DNA of 54,645 bases from Desulfobaccales bacterium (lineage in GTDB: Bacteria > Desulfobacterota > Desulfobaccia > Desulfobaccales > 0-14-0-80-60-11). The notes under the pieces were generated by a model, which ran no database searches, was not told the origin of the DNA, and saw only the letters and a list, made by a program, of their open reading frames with translations. Location: positions 1 to 54,645 of the forward strand of contig JBIOJX010000002.1 in NCBI GenBank assembly GCA_044451265.1. Reading direction: 5' to 3'. The position numbers and the translations under genes were made by a program. Positions 16,265-25,876 of the stretch are shown here, in pieces (the first letter of the stretch is position 1; each line of letters starts with the position of its first letter).

Positions 16265-18466
16265 ATGGATAACAATCATCTTCCCAGCCTTCTGGTTTCC
16301 GATGAAAAAGGCGTTAAATCATTTAATGACCATCAAGGGTCTTATGATGAAGATGGTGATTCTTTCGAGCTGCGTAGTTATATTAGTATAGTATTAAAAC
16401 GAAAGTGGTGGATTATCACTACTGTGGCGATAGCCCTTATATTTGTTACTTATCTTAATATGAAACAAATCCCTCTCTTTAGGGGAACTTCCACCTTACA
16501 AATTATTCAGGATAACCCCTCATCGTTTGTCAGTTCAGAGCGTAGTAGAGATATTGAATCCGGATTGTTGTCTATCGATAGATTTTATGAAACTCAATAT
16601 AAGCTCTTGGGCAGCCGCGCGGTGGCGTACAGAATTATTGAAGCCATGAATTTATTGGAACATCCGGAATACAAATCCCTCCTGGGGGATTCAAAACAAT
16701 CATCTCGAGAAAAAGAAAGAACCCTGGCAGATATATTTCGCAACAGTTTGGAGATTTCCCCCATAAAAAATTCTTACTTGGTGGATATTTCCTATAAATC
16801 TGCGGATCCTGACCTGGCAATGCGAGTCCCCAATGAAATTTGCAAAGAATACCTAAAATTTTGCATGGAAACCCGCTCCCAATCCTACATCTTGATCAGG
16901 GAATGGTTGGAGATTCAATTACTGCAGCTCGCCGGGAAGGTCGAAACTTCCGAAAAGAAACTCCTGGATCACGGCAGAAAAGATGATTTTATGGGACTGG
17001 AAGGTGACGACAATGTGATTGTGAAAAAATATGTGGAATTGAACAGGGTATTAACCAGCGCCCAGGCGGATCGAATGAATAAGGAGTCGCAATACAGGCA
17101 GATCAAAGAACAAGGGGCCGATGCGCCCTTAATTGCCAATAATCCACTCATTATGGATTTGCGCCGGGAGATCATTACCGCCAAAGCCAAGGTCTCCAGC
17201 CAGAGCCCGGTCTATGGCAAGAACCACCCCCAGATGCAGGGAGATTTAGCCAAAATCGCGGAGTTGAACTCGCGCATGAATAGCGAAGTCAAGCGCACTC
17301 TGAACACGGTCAGGGCCGATTATGAAATTGCTCTCCGCACCGAAAGTTTTTTGAAGGAAGCAGCTGATTCTCAGAAGAACAAGGTAGGTAAGCTGCAAGA
17401 CGGTCTGGTTAAATATAATATTCTGAAAAGAGACATGGCAACCGGCCAGCAACTTTACGAAGCCTTGCTGGCCAGGATGAAAGAGGCCAGTGTAGCCAGC
17501 ACCATGGTCGCCAGCAACGCGGTGGCCATTGACACGGCCGAATTGCCTCTCGCCCCCTTCTCTCCCAATAAAGCCAAAAACGTTGCCTTTGCACTATTTT
17601 TCGGCCTGGCGGGGGGCATAGGCCTCGCCTTTCTGGTGGAGCACCTGGATTCCTCCATCAAGAGCGTGGCGGAATTGGAAAAAGTGTACAGAATTCCCTC
17701 TTTAGGAATTATCCCTTTAGCCGCCAAAATCCAATCGGTCATCACTGACGATAAGGAAGTGGGGTTGGAAATCATTAGTCAGCCGAAATCCATGTTGAGT
17801 GAGGCGATCCATCACATCCAGGCCTCCGTGATGCTTTCTTTGTCGGGCAGACCTCCGAAAACCCTCATGGTGTGCAGTGCCAATCCCGGCGAAGGCAAAT
17901 CTTCTTTATCGACGAGCCTGGCGGCGTCGCTGGCCATGAGAGATAACAAGGTGGTACTGATGGATATCGACCTGCGGAAACCTTCTCTCAGCAAGATCTT
18001 CCAACTGCCACAACAGCCTGGATTAAGCAATTTTCTGAGCGGCGGCGCCTCTCTTGCCGAAATCATTCATCCCACCAGTATCCCCAATTTATTCCTCATT
18101 CCCGCGGGCAACATTCCTCCTAACCCGATACCGCTCCTGGCTTCTCCAGATTTTGCCGATCTTTTAAAGGACCTCAGTCAGGACTTCCAAAATATCATCA
18201 TTGACACGCCTCCAGTGATCGGGTTTGCGGACGCCCGCATGATTGCTTCCCTGATGGACGGAGTCTTGATGGTTTTTAAGCATCACAGCACCTCTTTAGA
18301 AGCCGGAAGATTGGGCGTCCAATTGCTTAATAAGGCTAATGCCCGAATACTGGGAGGGGTATTGAATATGGTGCAACGCCGGAAACTGGGTTATGGCGGC
18401 TATTATTATGGTTATTACCGTTATTATTCCCGTTACTATAAGAGTTATAATAGTGATCAGGATTAA
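16265..18466 (+). CDS. wzc: Polysaccharide co-polymerase / tyrosine autokinase (Wzc/GumC-EpsB type)
   Basis: The protein has a Wzz-like N-terminus with a TM segment, a long coiled-coil periplasmic region and a second TM. Walker A is NPGEGKSSLS, and the C-terminal Tyr cluster is GYGGYYYGYYRYYSRYYKSY. Confidence 0.9.
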   Translation: MDNNHLPSLLVSDEKGVKSFNDHQGSYDEDGDSFELRSYISIVLKRKWWIITTVAIALIFVTYLNMKQIPLFRGTSTLQIIQDNPSSFVSSERSRDIESGLLSIDRFYETQYKLLGSRAVAYRIIEAMNLLEHPEYKSLLGDSKQSSREKERTLADIFRNSLEISPIKNSYLVDISYKSADPDLAMRVPNEICKEYLKFCMETRSQSYILIREWLEIQLLQLAGKVETSEKKLLDHGRKDDFMGLEGDDNVIVKKYVELNRVLTSAQADRMNKESQYRQIKEQGADAPLIANNPLIMDLRREIITAKAKVSSQSPVYGKNHPQMQGDLAKIAELNSRMNSEVKRTLNTVRADYEIALRTESFLKEAADSQKNKVGKLQDGLVKYNILKRDMATGQQLYEALLARMKEASVASTMVASNAVAIDTAELPLAPFSPNKAKNVAFALFFGLAGGIGLAFLVEHLDSSIKSVAELEKVYRIPSLGIIPLAAKIQSVITDDKEVGLEIISQPKSMLSEAIHHIQASVMLSLSGRPPKTLMVCSANPGEGKSSLSTSLAASLAMRDNKVVLMDIDLRKPSLSKIFQLPQQPGLSNFLSGGASLAEIIHPTSIPNLFLIPAGNIPPNPIPLLASPDFADLLKDLSQDFQNIIIDTPPVIGFADARMIASLMDGVLMVFKHHSTSLEAGRLGVQLLNKANARILGGVLNMVQRRKLGYGGYYYGYYRYYSRYYKSYNSDQD

Positions 18467-18608
18467 GAGAAGTAATAAGGCATATCAAGGTGCTTTCAAT
18501 AAAACTCTTGAATAAAGCCTGGTTAAGCAAATACAACCGGCTGCAAGCGGGTTATGTCAACATTACTTTCTCCCTGACGAGTTAGATATACTTAATAATT
18601 TCATACAA

Positions 18609-19391
18609 ATGAATCCATACAGTAATGATTTTTATGAAAATCGGGTAAAATATACTCTAGATTCTGCAAAAGAAATTATTCCAATTATTATAGGTTTAAT
18701 AAAACCAAAATCAGTGGTCGATGTTGGTTGCGGAACCGGGGAATGGCTATCCATCTTTAAACAATATGGTGTTACAACTGTATTAGGAATTGATGGAGAC
18801 TACGTTACCCCCAAGAACTTAAAAATTTCCGATCAGGAATTTCTACCTTTTGACCTTAAAAAGCCTTTACGTTTAGAGAGGGAATCAGATTTAGTAATTT
18901 CAGTGGAAGTTGCGGAACATCTTCCCCCCGAATGTGCTGAGATGTTTATTGAGTCCTTGACTCGTTTAGGGCCGATTATCCTATTTTCAGCGGCCATACC
19001 TTTTCAGAGTGGACTTCATCATTTAAACGAACAATGGCCCGATTATTGGGAAGAACTCTTTAGGAAACAAAATTACCAAGTCATTGATTGTATAAGAAAA
19101 AAGATTTGGCAGAATGCAAATGTAGCTTATTATTATGCGCAAAATATGTTGTTGTTTGTAAAAAAAGATTTAATCAATAAATATCCCCAGCTGGCCGAAG
19201 AACTCCGCCAAAATGAGTCTAATATTTTATCTATAGTCCACCCTAAGTCCTATTTGCTGAAAGCCGACATCAGAAATCACCCATCTCTAAAAATTATATT
19301 GTTGAGCCTACCCGCATTGATCATCCGATCCCTCAAGGAACGAGGAATAAGGCTGGTGAAGTGGTTTAAGAGGGCATTTTTTAATACGTAG
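18609..19391 (+). CDS. Class I SAM-dependent methyltransferase
   Basis: Motif I is VVDVGCGTGEW and post-II is LVISVEVAEHL. The gene is AT-rich relative to its flanks. Confidence 0.75.
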   Translation: MNPYSNDFYENRVKYTLDSAKEIIPIIIGLIKPKSVVDVGCGTGEWLSIFKQYGVTTVLGIDGDYVTPKNLKISDQEFLPFDLKKPLRLERESDLVISVEVAEHLPPECAEMFIESLTRLGPIILFSAAIPFQSGLHHLNEQWPDYWEELFRKQNYQVIDCIRKKIWQNANVAYYYAQNMLLFVKKDLINKYPQLAEELRQNESNILSIVHPKSYLLKADIRNHPSLKIILLSLPALIIRSLKERGIRLVKWFKRAFFNT

Positions 19392-19479
19392 GTGCAGAAC
19401 AATTTGCTGTGGTGATTACTTTCCGGATTTGAGCGATATCTAAGAGCGCATTGGCCTATCAATATCCCGAAAATTAATT

Positions 19480-21000
19480 ATGGCAAACCTGGAAAATGGA
19501 GCGCCTACAACAAATCTGGGAGTGCGTACCCTCAAGGGGTCCTTTTGGATTGTTCTAGGAAAGGGCTACCAGCAGATCCTGCTTCTGTGCAAGGTCACCA
19601 TCTTAGGCAGGCTGCTAGGCCCAGAAGAATTTGGCTTGGTAGGCATTGCGTTTTTAACTATCCAATTCATGACCACCTTTACTCATACCGGCTTTGCCTC
19701 AGCCATGATTCAGAAGCCCGACCTCCAAGATATAGAAATCAATACTGCCTGGTGGGTCCTCTTGGGACGCGGCGCTCTAATCGCCTTGATTTTATGGGTA
19801 TTGGGCCCCTGGATTGCCGCCATCTTCCATGAGCCCCGGGCTATCCCGGTCCTCCGGGCCTTTGGCGGTATCCAGATTTTGTCAGCTTTCACCAGCATCG
19901 GGGTGGTCCTGCTGTCCAAGAACCTGGATTTTCGCGCCGCATTCAAATACGACGCCTGGGGCACTGCCCTGGAACTGGTGGTGTCCGTGGCCATCGCCTT
20001 CTGGTACCGCACCGTCTGGGCTCTCGTCTGGGGGGCTTTGGCCGGGACTTTGGCAAGGCTCATTGCCTCCTACGTTATTTGTCCATATCTCCCCAGACTT
20101 GCTTTCAATGGCCGCTCCGCCCGGGAACTTTTTAAATTCGGGCAGTGGATACTTTTAGCAAACGTTATGATCTTTGTTTTTACCAGAACTACGGACGCGA
20201 TGAGCGGGATCATGTTTGGCGCCGCCGCTCTCGGGCTTTATCAAATGGCCTCCCGGTTTGGCATGATGGCAACCAACCATGTGGGGGATTTATTTCTCGT
20301 CGTCATATTTCCTGCATACAGTCTCATTCAGAATGACCCGGCGAAATTGAAACAGACATTCTTAAAGGTCTTGCAAGTTGCTTCGTTCGTCCTCTTTCCC
20401 GTGACGGTACTCATGATTTTAACCGTTGCTCCCTTGCTGCCCGTGCTGTTAGGGGCTAAATGGCAGGGAGTGGTGAGCCTGGTCCCCGGGGTGGCCCTGG
20501 GGGGACTGATCCAGGCCTTGCTGCGCACCGGGTCGCCGCTCTTCCTGGCTACCGGGAAACCGAGGTTGCAGTTTACCATGGATGCAGCCTCAGCCTTGGG
20601 CATTTTGCTCTTCATATTCCCATTTTCCAAATACTTTGGCCTGGAAGGTTTGGCCTGGTCTTATGCGGCCGGCACCGGGCTGGGGCTGCCCTTGTGGTGG
20701 TGCTTTATCAAGAGGCAAAGTAAATCTAGTACCGGGGAAATCGCCGTATCGATCCTGCCGACGATCTTAGCCAGTTCAACTTTGGGGCTCGCTATTTTTA
20801 CTATGAACAGAATATTACTAACGGAACAATTTTTTATTGGGCACCTGCTATTTGCCGTTTTGGGGCTGCTCTTATTTTTAGGAATCACTCTTTTATTGGA
20901 ACGACTCGTTCCAGGGTACAAGCCCATGGGCAGTACCTTAACCCTGATCAAAGACCATCTTCGCAGGCCTGGACAGCCGCAAATGGAGGGAGTTTGCTAA
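19480..21000 (+). CDS. wzx: Oligosaccharide flippase (Wzx / MOP-superfamily polysaccharide biosynthesis protein)
   Basis: The protein has about 12-14 predicted TM helices. The N-terminal pattern (LKGSFWIVLGKGYQQILLLCKVTILGRLLGPEEFGL) is typical of the PST family. Confidence 0.8.
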   Translation: MANLENGAPTTNLGVRTLKGSFWIVLGKGYQQILLLCKVTILGRLLGPEEFGLVGIAFLTIQFMTTFTHTGFASAMIQKPDLQDIEINTAWWVLLGRGALIALILWVLGPWIAAIFHEPRAIPVLRAFGGIQILSAFTSIGVVLLSKNLDFRAAFKYDAWGTALELVVSVAIAFWYRTVWALVWGALAGTLARLIASYVICPYLPRLAFNGRSARELFKFGQWILLANVMIFVFTRTTDAMSGIMFGAAALGLYQMASRFGMMATNHVGDLFLVVIFPAYSLIQNDPAKLKQTFLKVLQVASFVLFPVTVLMILTVAPLLPVLLGAKWQGVVSLVPGVALGGLIQALLRTGSPLFLATGKPRLQFTMDAASALGILLFIFPFSKYFGLEGLAWSYAAGTGLGLPLWWCFIKRQSKSSTGEIAVSILPTILASSTLGLAIFTMNRILLTEQFFIGHLLFAVLGLLLFLGITLLLERLVPGYKPMGSTLTLIKDHLRRPGQPQMEGVC

Positions 21001-21060
21001 CTCCAAGGGTGTGGCGGGAGCCATGAGATAGAAACCCAGGTTGATCCGGGAACCATACCG

Positions 21061-21204
21061 GCGATCCTGGCAATAGCGCTCCTGGTGAGCATCTGCATCC
21101 CGGCCTACAACGCCCACCGCTTTATAGCCGAAACCCTGGAGAGCGCCCTGGGGCAGGATTAGGCGAATTTGGAGATCGTGATCGCCGACGACGAAAAATA
21201 TTAA
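21061..21204 (+). pseudogene. Remnant of a family-2 glycosyltransferase 5' end (no start codon, internal TAG)
   Basis: It translates to ...LVSICIPAYNAHRFIAETLESALGQD*ANLEIVIADDEKY*. This parallels FPLVSICIPAYNAERYITDTLESVLRQDYANLEIIVSDD of the intact GT2 at 22037. TAG at 21160-21162 replaces the TAT codon. Confidence 0.8.
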
Positions 21205-21226
21205 GTAAATTAAAAATGGTAAATGG

Positions 21227-21982
21227 ATGATGTTTTCTCGTCTGAAGATGACTTTAATAAAGTATTTAATAGATAGGTGGTGTATGCATTTTGACGCCTA
21301 TACCTGGTATAGGCATCGCTTATTAAGACGTTTTATGATCCGAGGACCGATAAGGGTTCTCAACATTGGGACAGGAGGTGGCATCGAGACTCTTAGATTA
21401 CTACGTTACGGAAACCATGTTACCGCAACTGATAACGATGAGAAGGCGGCAATCAGAACCTTAAATCGAGTTAAGCGCAATGGTTTAGCATCACATTATA
21501 ACATGGCTGTTGGGCATGTATTAACCGTGGAGATTGAAGGAAAATTTGATGAAATTTATATGTGCGAGGTTCTTGAGCATATCGCAGACGACTTGTCGGC
21601 GTTGCAACGTATTTCTAACTGGTTGGTACCAGGAGGAAGATTAATCCTTTCCACTCCCACTGCGTCTTATGGGCAACTGAATTTTCAAGAACTTTCCCTG
21701 AAGGAAGATGGAGGCCATCTCCGGGTGGGATATGAAGGACCAGAGTTAGACAAGATGTTGGAAGCAGTCGGTATTTTTACGTTAAAGCGTATTTACAATG
21801 GAAACCATATTATTCAGCAGTATCTCAGTATTGAGACGTGGCTTTTAAATAGAAATAACATTATTATTAAATTATTGTGTGGGTGTTTATCAGTTATTAT
21901 GAGACCAGTCTTGCCGTTATTGGATATTTATTGTAACAGGCCTTATGATCAGATTACATTAGCTATAAAAAAATATTGGTGA
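21227..21982 (+). CDS. Class I SAM-dependent methyltransferase
   Basis: Motif I is VLNIGTGGGIETL, and later motifs are IYMCEVLEHI and LVPGGRLILSTP. The gene is AT-rich and lies between the GT2 remnant and the intact GT2. Confidence 0.75.
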   Translation: MMFSRLKMTLIKYLIDRWCMHFDAYTWYRHRLLRRFMIRGPIRVLNIGTGGGIETLRLLRYGNHVTATDNDEKAAIRTLNRVKRNGLASHYNMAVGHVLTVEIEGKFDEIYMCEVLEHIADDLSALQRISNWLVPGGRLILSTPTASYGQLNFQELSLKEDGGHLRVGYEGPELDKMLEAVGIFTLKRIYNGNHIIQQYLSIETWLLNRNNIIIKLLCGCLSVIMRPVLPLLDIYCNRPYDQITLAIKKYW

Positions 21983-22036
21983 GATTATGTGCTGGTTGTT
22001 TGGTATCACTTGATTACGGAGGCAACCTTATTGGTT

Positions 22037-23062
22037 ATGGAGAAATTTCCGCTGGTTAGCATCTGTATCCCGGCTTACAATGCCGAGCGCTATATCACCG
22101 ACACCCTGGAGAGCGTGCTGAGACAAGATTATGCTAACCTGGAGATCATCGTCTCCGATGATCGGAGCACCGATCACACCCCGGAAATCGTCCAGGCCTA
22201 TGAAAGGCGAGGAGTCAGGTTGATCCGCCAGGCGCAGAACCTGGGCATGACGGCCAATATGAACGCGGTCATAGCCCCCTCCCGGGGCAAGTATGTCGTC
22301 AAGCTGGATGGTGACGACCTGCTGGAGCCAAAATATGTCTCCAGCCTGGTGCCAATCATGGAATCCCATCCCCGGGTATCTTTCGCCCACTGTGCGTGCT
22401 ACTTGATGGATGGAGACGGGAAGTCTCTCGGTTATGAAAGGTCAATCCACGGCTCCTTTATCCGCTCCTGCTCCGAGGAATGGCCCCGGTATGTGTTCGG
22501 GCCCAGAGCAATTCATATCCTCATGGTGCGCCGCACCGCCTTTGAGGCGGTGGGCGGCTATGATGAATCCTTTATCCGGAGTCAGGACTGGAAGCTGATG
22601 CGGGACCTGTTGAAAGTCGGCGATATTTGCTACGATGACCGCCTTCTGGCCCGCTACCGGCACCATAGCGCCGGCAAACCAGGGTTGCAGTTGCTGCGGG
22701 CCCAGGCCCACCTGCAGCACCTGGATGATATGGAGAAAAATTGGCCCCCGGCCGTTCCGGGAAAGGCCAGGCTTCTCCACCGGGCTCGCCGCCATTTAGC
22801 CCGGTGGTTGTTAGTGCAGGCTGCGGCTCAGGCCGACCGGCAAGAAGCCCTGAAATTGCTTCATTATCTGCCGCAATATGGCAATTTTCTTGATGTAAGT
22901 ATCCTCGGGCATTTGGTAAGATCGGGCGGCTCAGGGATCATCCTCTCTTATTATCGCCAGAAAATACGACTGCGCCAGGCGGTCAAGAAACTGTTTTATA
23001 AAAGCCCGGATTTAGCCGGGCAGACGGCAATCGTCGCGGGACCAAAGAGGAAGAGCGCTTGA
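22037..23062 (+). CDS. Family-2 glycosyltransferase
   Basis: LVSICIPAYNAERYI...IIVSDDRSTDHT...KLDGDDLL are GT-A fold DxD-type motifs. I chose the internal ATG at 22037 over the ORF-track start at 21989. Confidence 0.85.
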   Translation: MEKFPLVSICIPAYNAERYITDTLESVLRQDYANLEIIVSDDRSTDHTPEIVQAYERRGVRLIRQAQNLGMTANMNAVIAPSRGKYVVKLDGDDLLEPKYVSSLVPIMESHPRVSFAHCACYLMDGDGKSLGYERSIHGSFIRSCSEEWPRYVFGPRAIHILMVRRTAFEAVGGYDESFIRSQDWKLMRDLLKVGDICYDDRLLARYRHHSAGKPGLQLLRAQAHLQHLDDMEKNWPPAVPGKARLLHRARRHLARWLLVQAAAQADRQEALKLLHYLPQYGNFLDVSILGHLVRSGGSGIILSYYRQKIRLRQAVKKLFYKSPDLAGQTAIVAGPKRKSA

Positions 23063-23191
23063 TAGCCGGGTCAGCTCCCAAGCCCCAAAACCTCGTTGGG
23101 ACAGAAATAGCTATGGATGCGGCATAATCTCGGCTAGTATGGGGCTGTTTTACTCCCGCTATCAAGTATTTTTGAGAGGGTGGCACTGATA

Positions 23192-24379
23192 ATGAAAGAA
23201 AAATATTGCATTTTCTTTTACCTTTTTTTAGATTGGGATTTGCCTTATTTTACTATGCGGGAATTTATTAAAGCAATAGCAAAAGAGGTATATCCTAATA
23301 AAGTGGTCTGCATTAACCGACCAGGTGACCTGATAGTCTGTTTACTTAAAAATAAAAACAGATTATTGACCTCTTTTTATCCTAACAATATAAGATATAT
23401 AACAGACAATTTAATTCTGTTCAGACCATTGTATTTTATCAACGATTGCCTCGGTTCTTGGTTACCTTTCGTGAACCAATGGCAAACCCTCTGGTTAAGA
23501 ATTATGCTTCGACGGATGGGCTTCCTCTCCCAGGGGGAGAAAGTTGTCACCTGGCTTTTTTCAAGCATCCATTGGCCTTTTGCCGAGTTATTTCCTTCTG
23601 CCTCTGTGGTTTACCATCCCATGGATGAAAATACTGTTTCTTTTGACGGATATCCGAATCCCAGGGCCATCGAGATCGAGAAAAAAATGATGCAGAGATG
23701 CCAGACGGTTTTCACTCTAAATGAAAGCTTGACGCAAAGAAAACGCCAAATGCACAGTAATGTTCATACCTTGGGGCTTGGAGTGGATGCGGAGCTGTTT
23801 TCCCAGGCATTGGCGCCACATAGGGAGATTCCTCTGGAAATCGAACAAATTCCCCGGCCGCGTATCGGCCTGGTGGGGAACTTGCGGAGCTGGATAGATT
23901 TTCCCCTGGTGGAAAGCATCCTTCAGAGGCACCCAGACTGGTCGGTTATTTTTATCGGTCCCCAGGATCCTTCAGCTGTAGCCTCAATGGAAATTATGGG
24001 GAGGTATAGGAATTTTTTCTGGCTTGGTCCGAAACCCTATAGTGACTTATACCTTTGGCTTAAAGGCCTGGACGTGGGAATAATTCCCTACCAGGAAACG
24101 GAGTTTACCCGGTTTGTCAATCCCTATAAGATTTATGAATACTGGGCGGCCGGATTGCCCGTAATAACCACCCGGATTGGCGGATTCGAGTCGAAGCCAA
24201 ATTGCCTGTGGGTCTCCGATGCCTCAGAAAGATTTATGGATAATATTGCCCAGGCATTGAATGATAAAGAGGCATCAGCAAAAGCTAAACGCCTGGAACT
24301 GGCAAGGGCTCACTCATGGGAGAGCATCGCCAAGCGAGCCCTGAAAATTTTGAACATCCCAAATACGGAGAATTCTTAA
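23192..24379 (+). CDS. GT-B fold glycosyltransferase (GT1/GT4-like)
   Basis: The C-terminal GIIPYQETEFTRFVNPYKIYEYWAAGLPVITT pattern resembles the EX7E region. The gene is AT-rich. The start is ambiguous (GTG 23180 or ATG 23192). Confidence 0.65.
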   Translation: MKEKYCIFFYLFLDWDLPYFTMREFIKAIAKEVYPNKVVCINRPGDLIVCLLKNKNRLLTSFYPNNIRYITDNLILFRPLYFINDCLGSWLPFVNQWQTLWLRIMLRRMGFLSQGEKVVTWLFSSIHWPFAELFPSASVVYHPMDENTVSFDGYPNPRAIEIEKKMMQRCQTVFTLNESLTQRKRQMHSNVHTLGLGVDAELFSQALAPHREIPLEIEQIPRPRIGLVGNLRSWIDFPLVESILQRHPDWSVIFIGPQDPSAVASMEIMGRYRNFFWLGPKPYSDLYLWLKGLDVGIIPYQETEFTRFVNPYKIYEYWAAGLPVITTRIGGFESKPNCLWVSDASERFMDNIAQALNDKEASAKAKRLELARAHSWESIAKRALKILNIPNTENS

Positions 24380-24383
24380 GGCG

Positions 24384-24572
24384 ATGAAGCTCTCATACAT
24401 TTCTCTGGGACTTGTAATGCATTTTCTGGTGATGGGGCCCTTGCTGATCGTGATTTTCCTCAAGCTGCGCCGGAAGGGGCTGTTTCATTGGCTGTCCGCG
24501 AGCTTCTGGGTCCTGGGGGCCATGGCGTTGTACTTTTTGATCAAACCCCTGATCCAGTATAGTACATGCTGA
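24384..24572 (+). pseudogene. 62-aa N-terminal fragment paralogous to the Wzy-like polymerase at 25877 (remnant, or a two-TM mini-protein)
   Basis: GLVMHFLVMGPLLIVIFLKLRRKGLFHWLSASFWVLGAMALYFLIKPLIQ aligns by eye with GLTIHFIVIGVLQIMVMLVLSRRHLFHYRSAGFWAWCAVSLYFLVTPAIQ, with roughly half the positions identical. It is truncated where the next GT gene begins at 24566. Confidence 0.6.
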
Positions 24573-25831
24573 CCGGCTCAGATCCTAAGCCCCAAATCAT
24601 CGTGGCGCAATTGGGGGCGCGCATGCATTACGCGGTGCCGGCGTTGCTGCACCGGGCTGGGATGCTGGCGCATTTTTACACCGATAGCTACGTGGGACGA
24701 GGCAGCGCCTGGCATGCCCTATCCATGGCGGCGGCCGTCATTCCCGTAGCCTGGCGGCCCCAAGCCCTGGAGAGACTGCTGAGCCGCCGTGAGGATGCCT
24801 TGCCCCCGGAGAAAATCACGGCGTTCAACCGGTTGGGTCTCTCTTATGCCCTGGCCCAGAGGCGGGCCAGGGATGAGGAAGAATTGCAAAATGCTTACCG
24901 GGAATATGGCCGGCGGTTTTGCGACCTCATCTGTCAGGAAAAGTTTAACGGTGCTGACGGGGTCTATGCCTTTGAAGGCGCAGCACTCCCTATCTTGCAG
25001 AAGGCGGGGAAACTCGGGATCACTAAAATACTGGAACAATTTATTGCAGCCGTGGACATTCAATATGAACTACTATCCGAAGAACACCGCCTCTGGTCTG
25101 GTTGGGAATCGCCCTATCCCAACCGGGCGGCATTTCAGGAAAGCATAGATTGTGAACGGGCGGGATGGGAAACCGCGGACGCCATTATCTGTGCTTCTGA
25201 CTTTGTTGCCGACGGGATGATTTCCTTGGGCGTACCGCCGGAGAAGTTGTATCAGGTTCCGTATGGCGTGGAGACGACAACATTGGCGGTAAGGCGAGAA
25301 CCCTGGGACGGCCGCCGCCCTTTGCGGGTGCTCTTTCTTGGGGGCGTAACTTTAAGGAAGGGCCCGCAGTATCTTTATCAGGCCCTGAAGCAATTGCGGG
25401 GCAGGTCCATCGCGGCGCGGCTGGTTGGTCCGGTAAAAATTGCAGCCCCATATTGCGGTTTGCTCAGGGAAGAAGCCGAACTGACCGGCCAGGTTTCCCG
25501 CTCAGAAGTGCGACGCCATTATGAATGGGGCGACCTTTTCGTCTTCCCCTCCATCTGCGAAGGGTCAGCCACGGTTACCTACGAAGCACTGGCAGCCGGA
25601 CTGCCGGTCATCACCACGCCCAACGCCGGTTCGGTGGTGCGCGATGGGGTGGACGGGTTTATTGTGCCCATTCGCGATGCCGAGGCCCTTGCCGCCAGGA
25701 TCGAGCTGTTTCTGGAAGATTCCGCTCTTTTACGGCGAATGTCCGAAAACGCCAGAGCGCGAGCTGAGGATTTTTCCTGGCCGAAGTACGAAGAGCGGTT
25801 AGTGGCGGCTATTCAGAAAATAGTAGAGTAA
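24566..25831 (+). CDS. Family-4 (GT-B) glycosyltransferase
   Basis: LFVFPSICEGSATVTYEALAAGLPVITTPNAGSVVRDGVDGFIVP is the EX7E motif region. Confidence 0.85.
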   Translation: MLTGSDPKPQIIVAQLGARMHYAVPALLHRAGMLAHFYTDSYVGRGSAWHALSMAAAVIPVAWRPQALERLLSRREDALPPEKITAFNRLGLSYALAQRRARDEEELQNAYREYGRRFCDLICQEKFNGADGVYAFEGAALPILQKAGKLGITKILEQFIAAVDIQYELLSEEHRLWSGWESPYPNRAAFQESIDCERAGWETADAIICASDFVADGMISLGVPPEKLYQVPYGVETTTLAVRREPWDGRRPLRVLFLGGVTLRKGPQYLYQALKQLRGRSIAARLVGPVKIAAPYCGLLREEAELTGQVSRSEVRRHYEWGDLFVFPSICEGSATVTYEALAAGLPVITTPNAGSVVRDGVDGFIVPIRDAEALAARIELFLEDSALLRRMSENARARAEDFSWPKYEERLVAAIQKIVE

Positions 25832-25876
25832 CTGCCATCTGGATTTGGAGTATGCTCCTGATAAAAGGTTAAAGCC

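Noticed and set aside
18394-18466. A TAT/TAC-rich stretch that looks like a tandem DNA repeat.
   Set aside because: It encodes the C-terminal tyrosine cluster expected of Wzc-type autokinases. This is a functional protein feature rather than a non-coding repeat.
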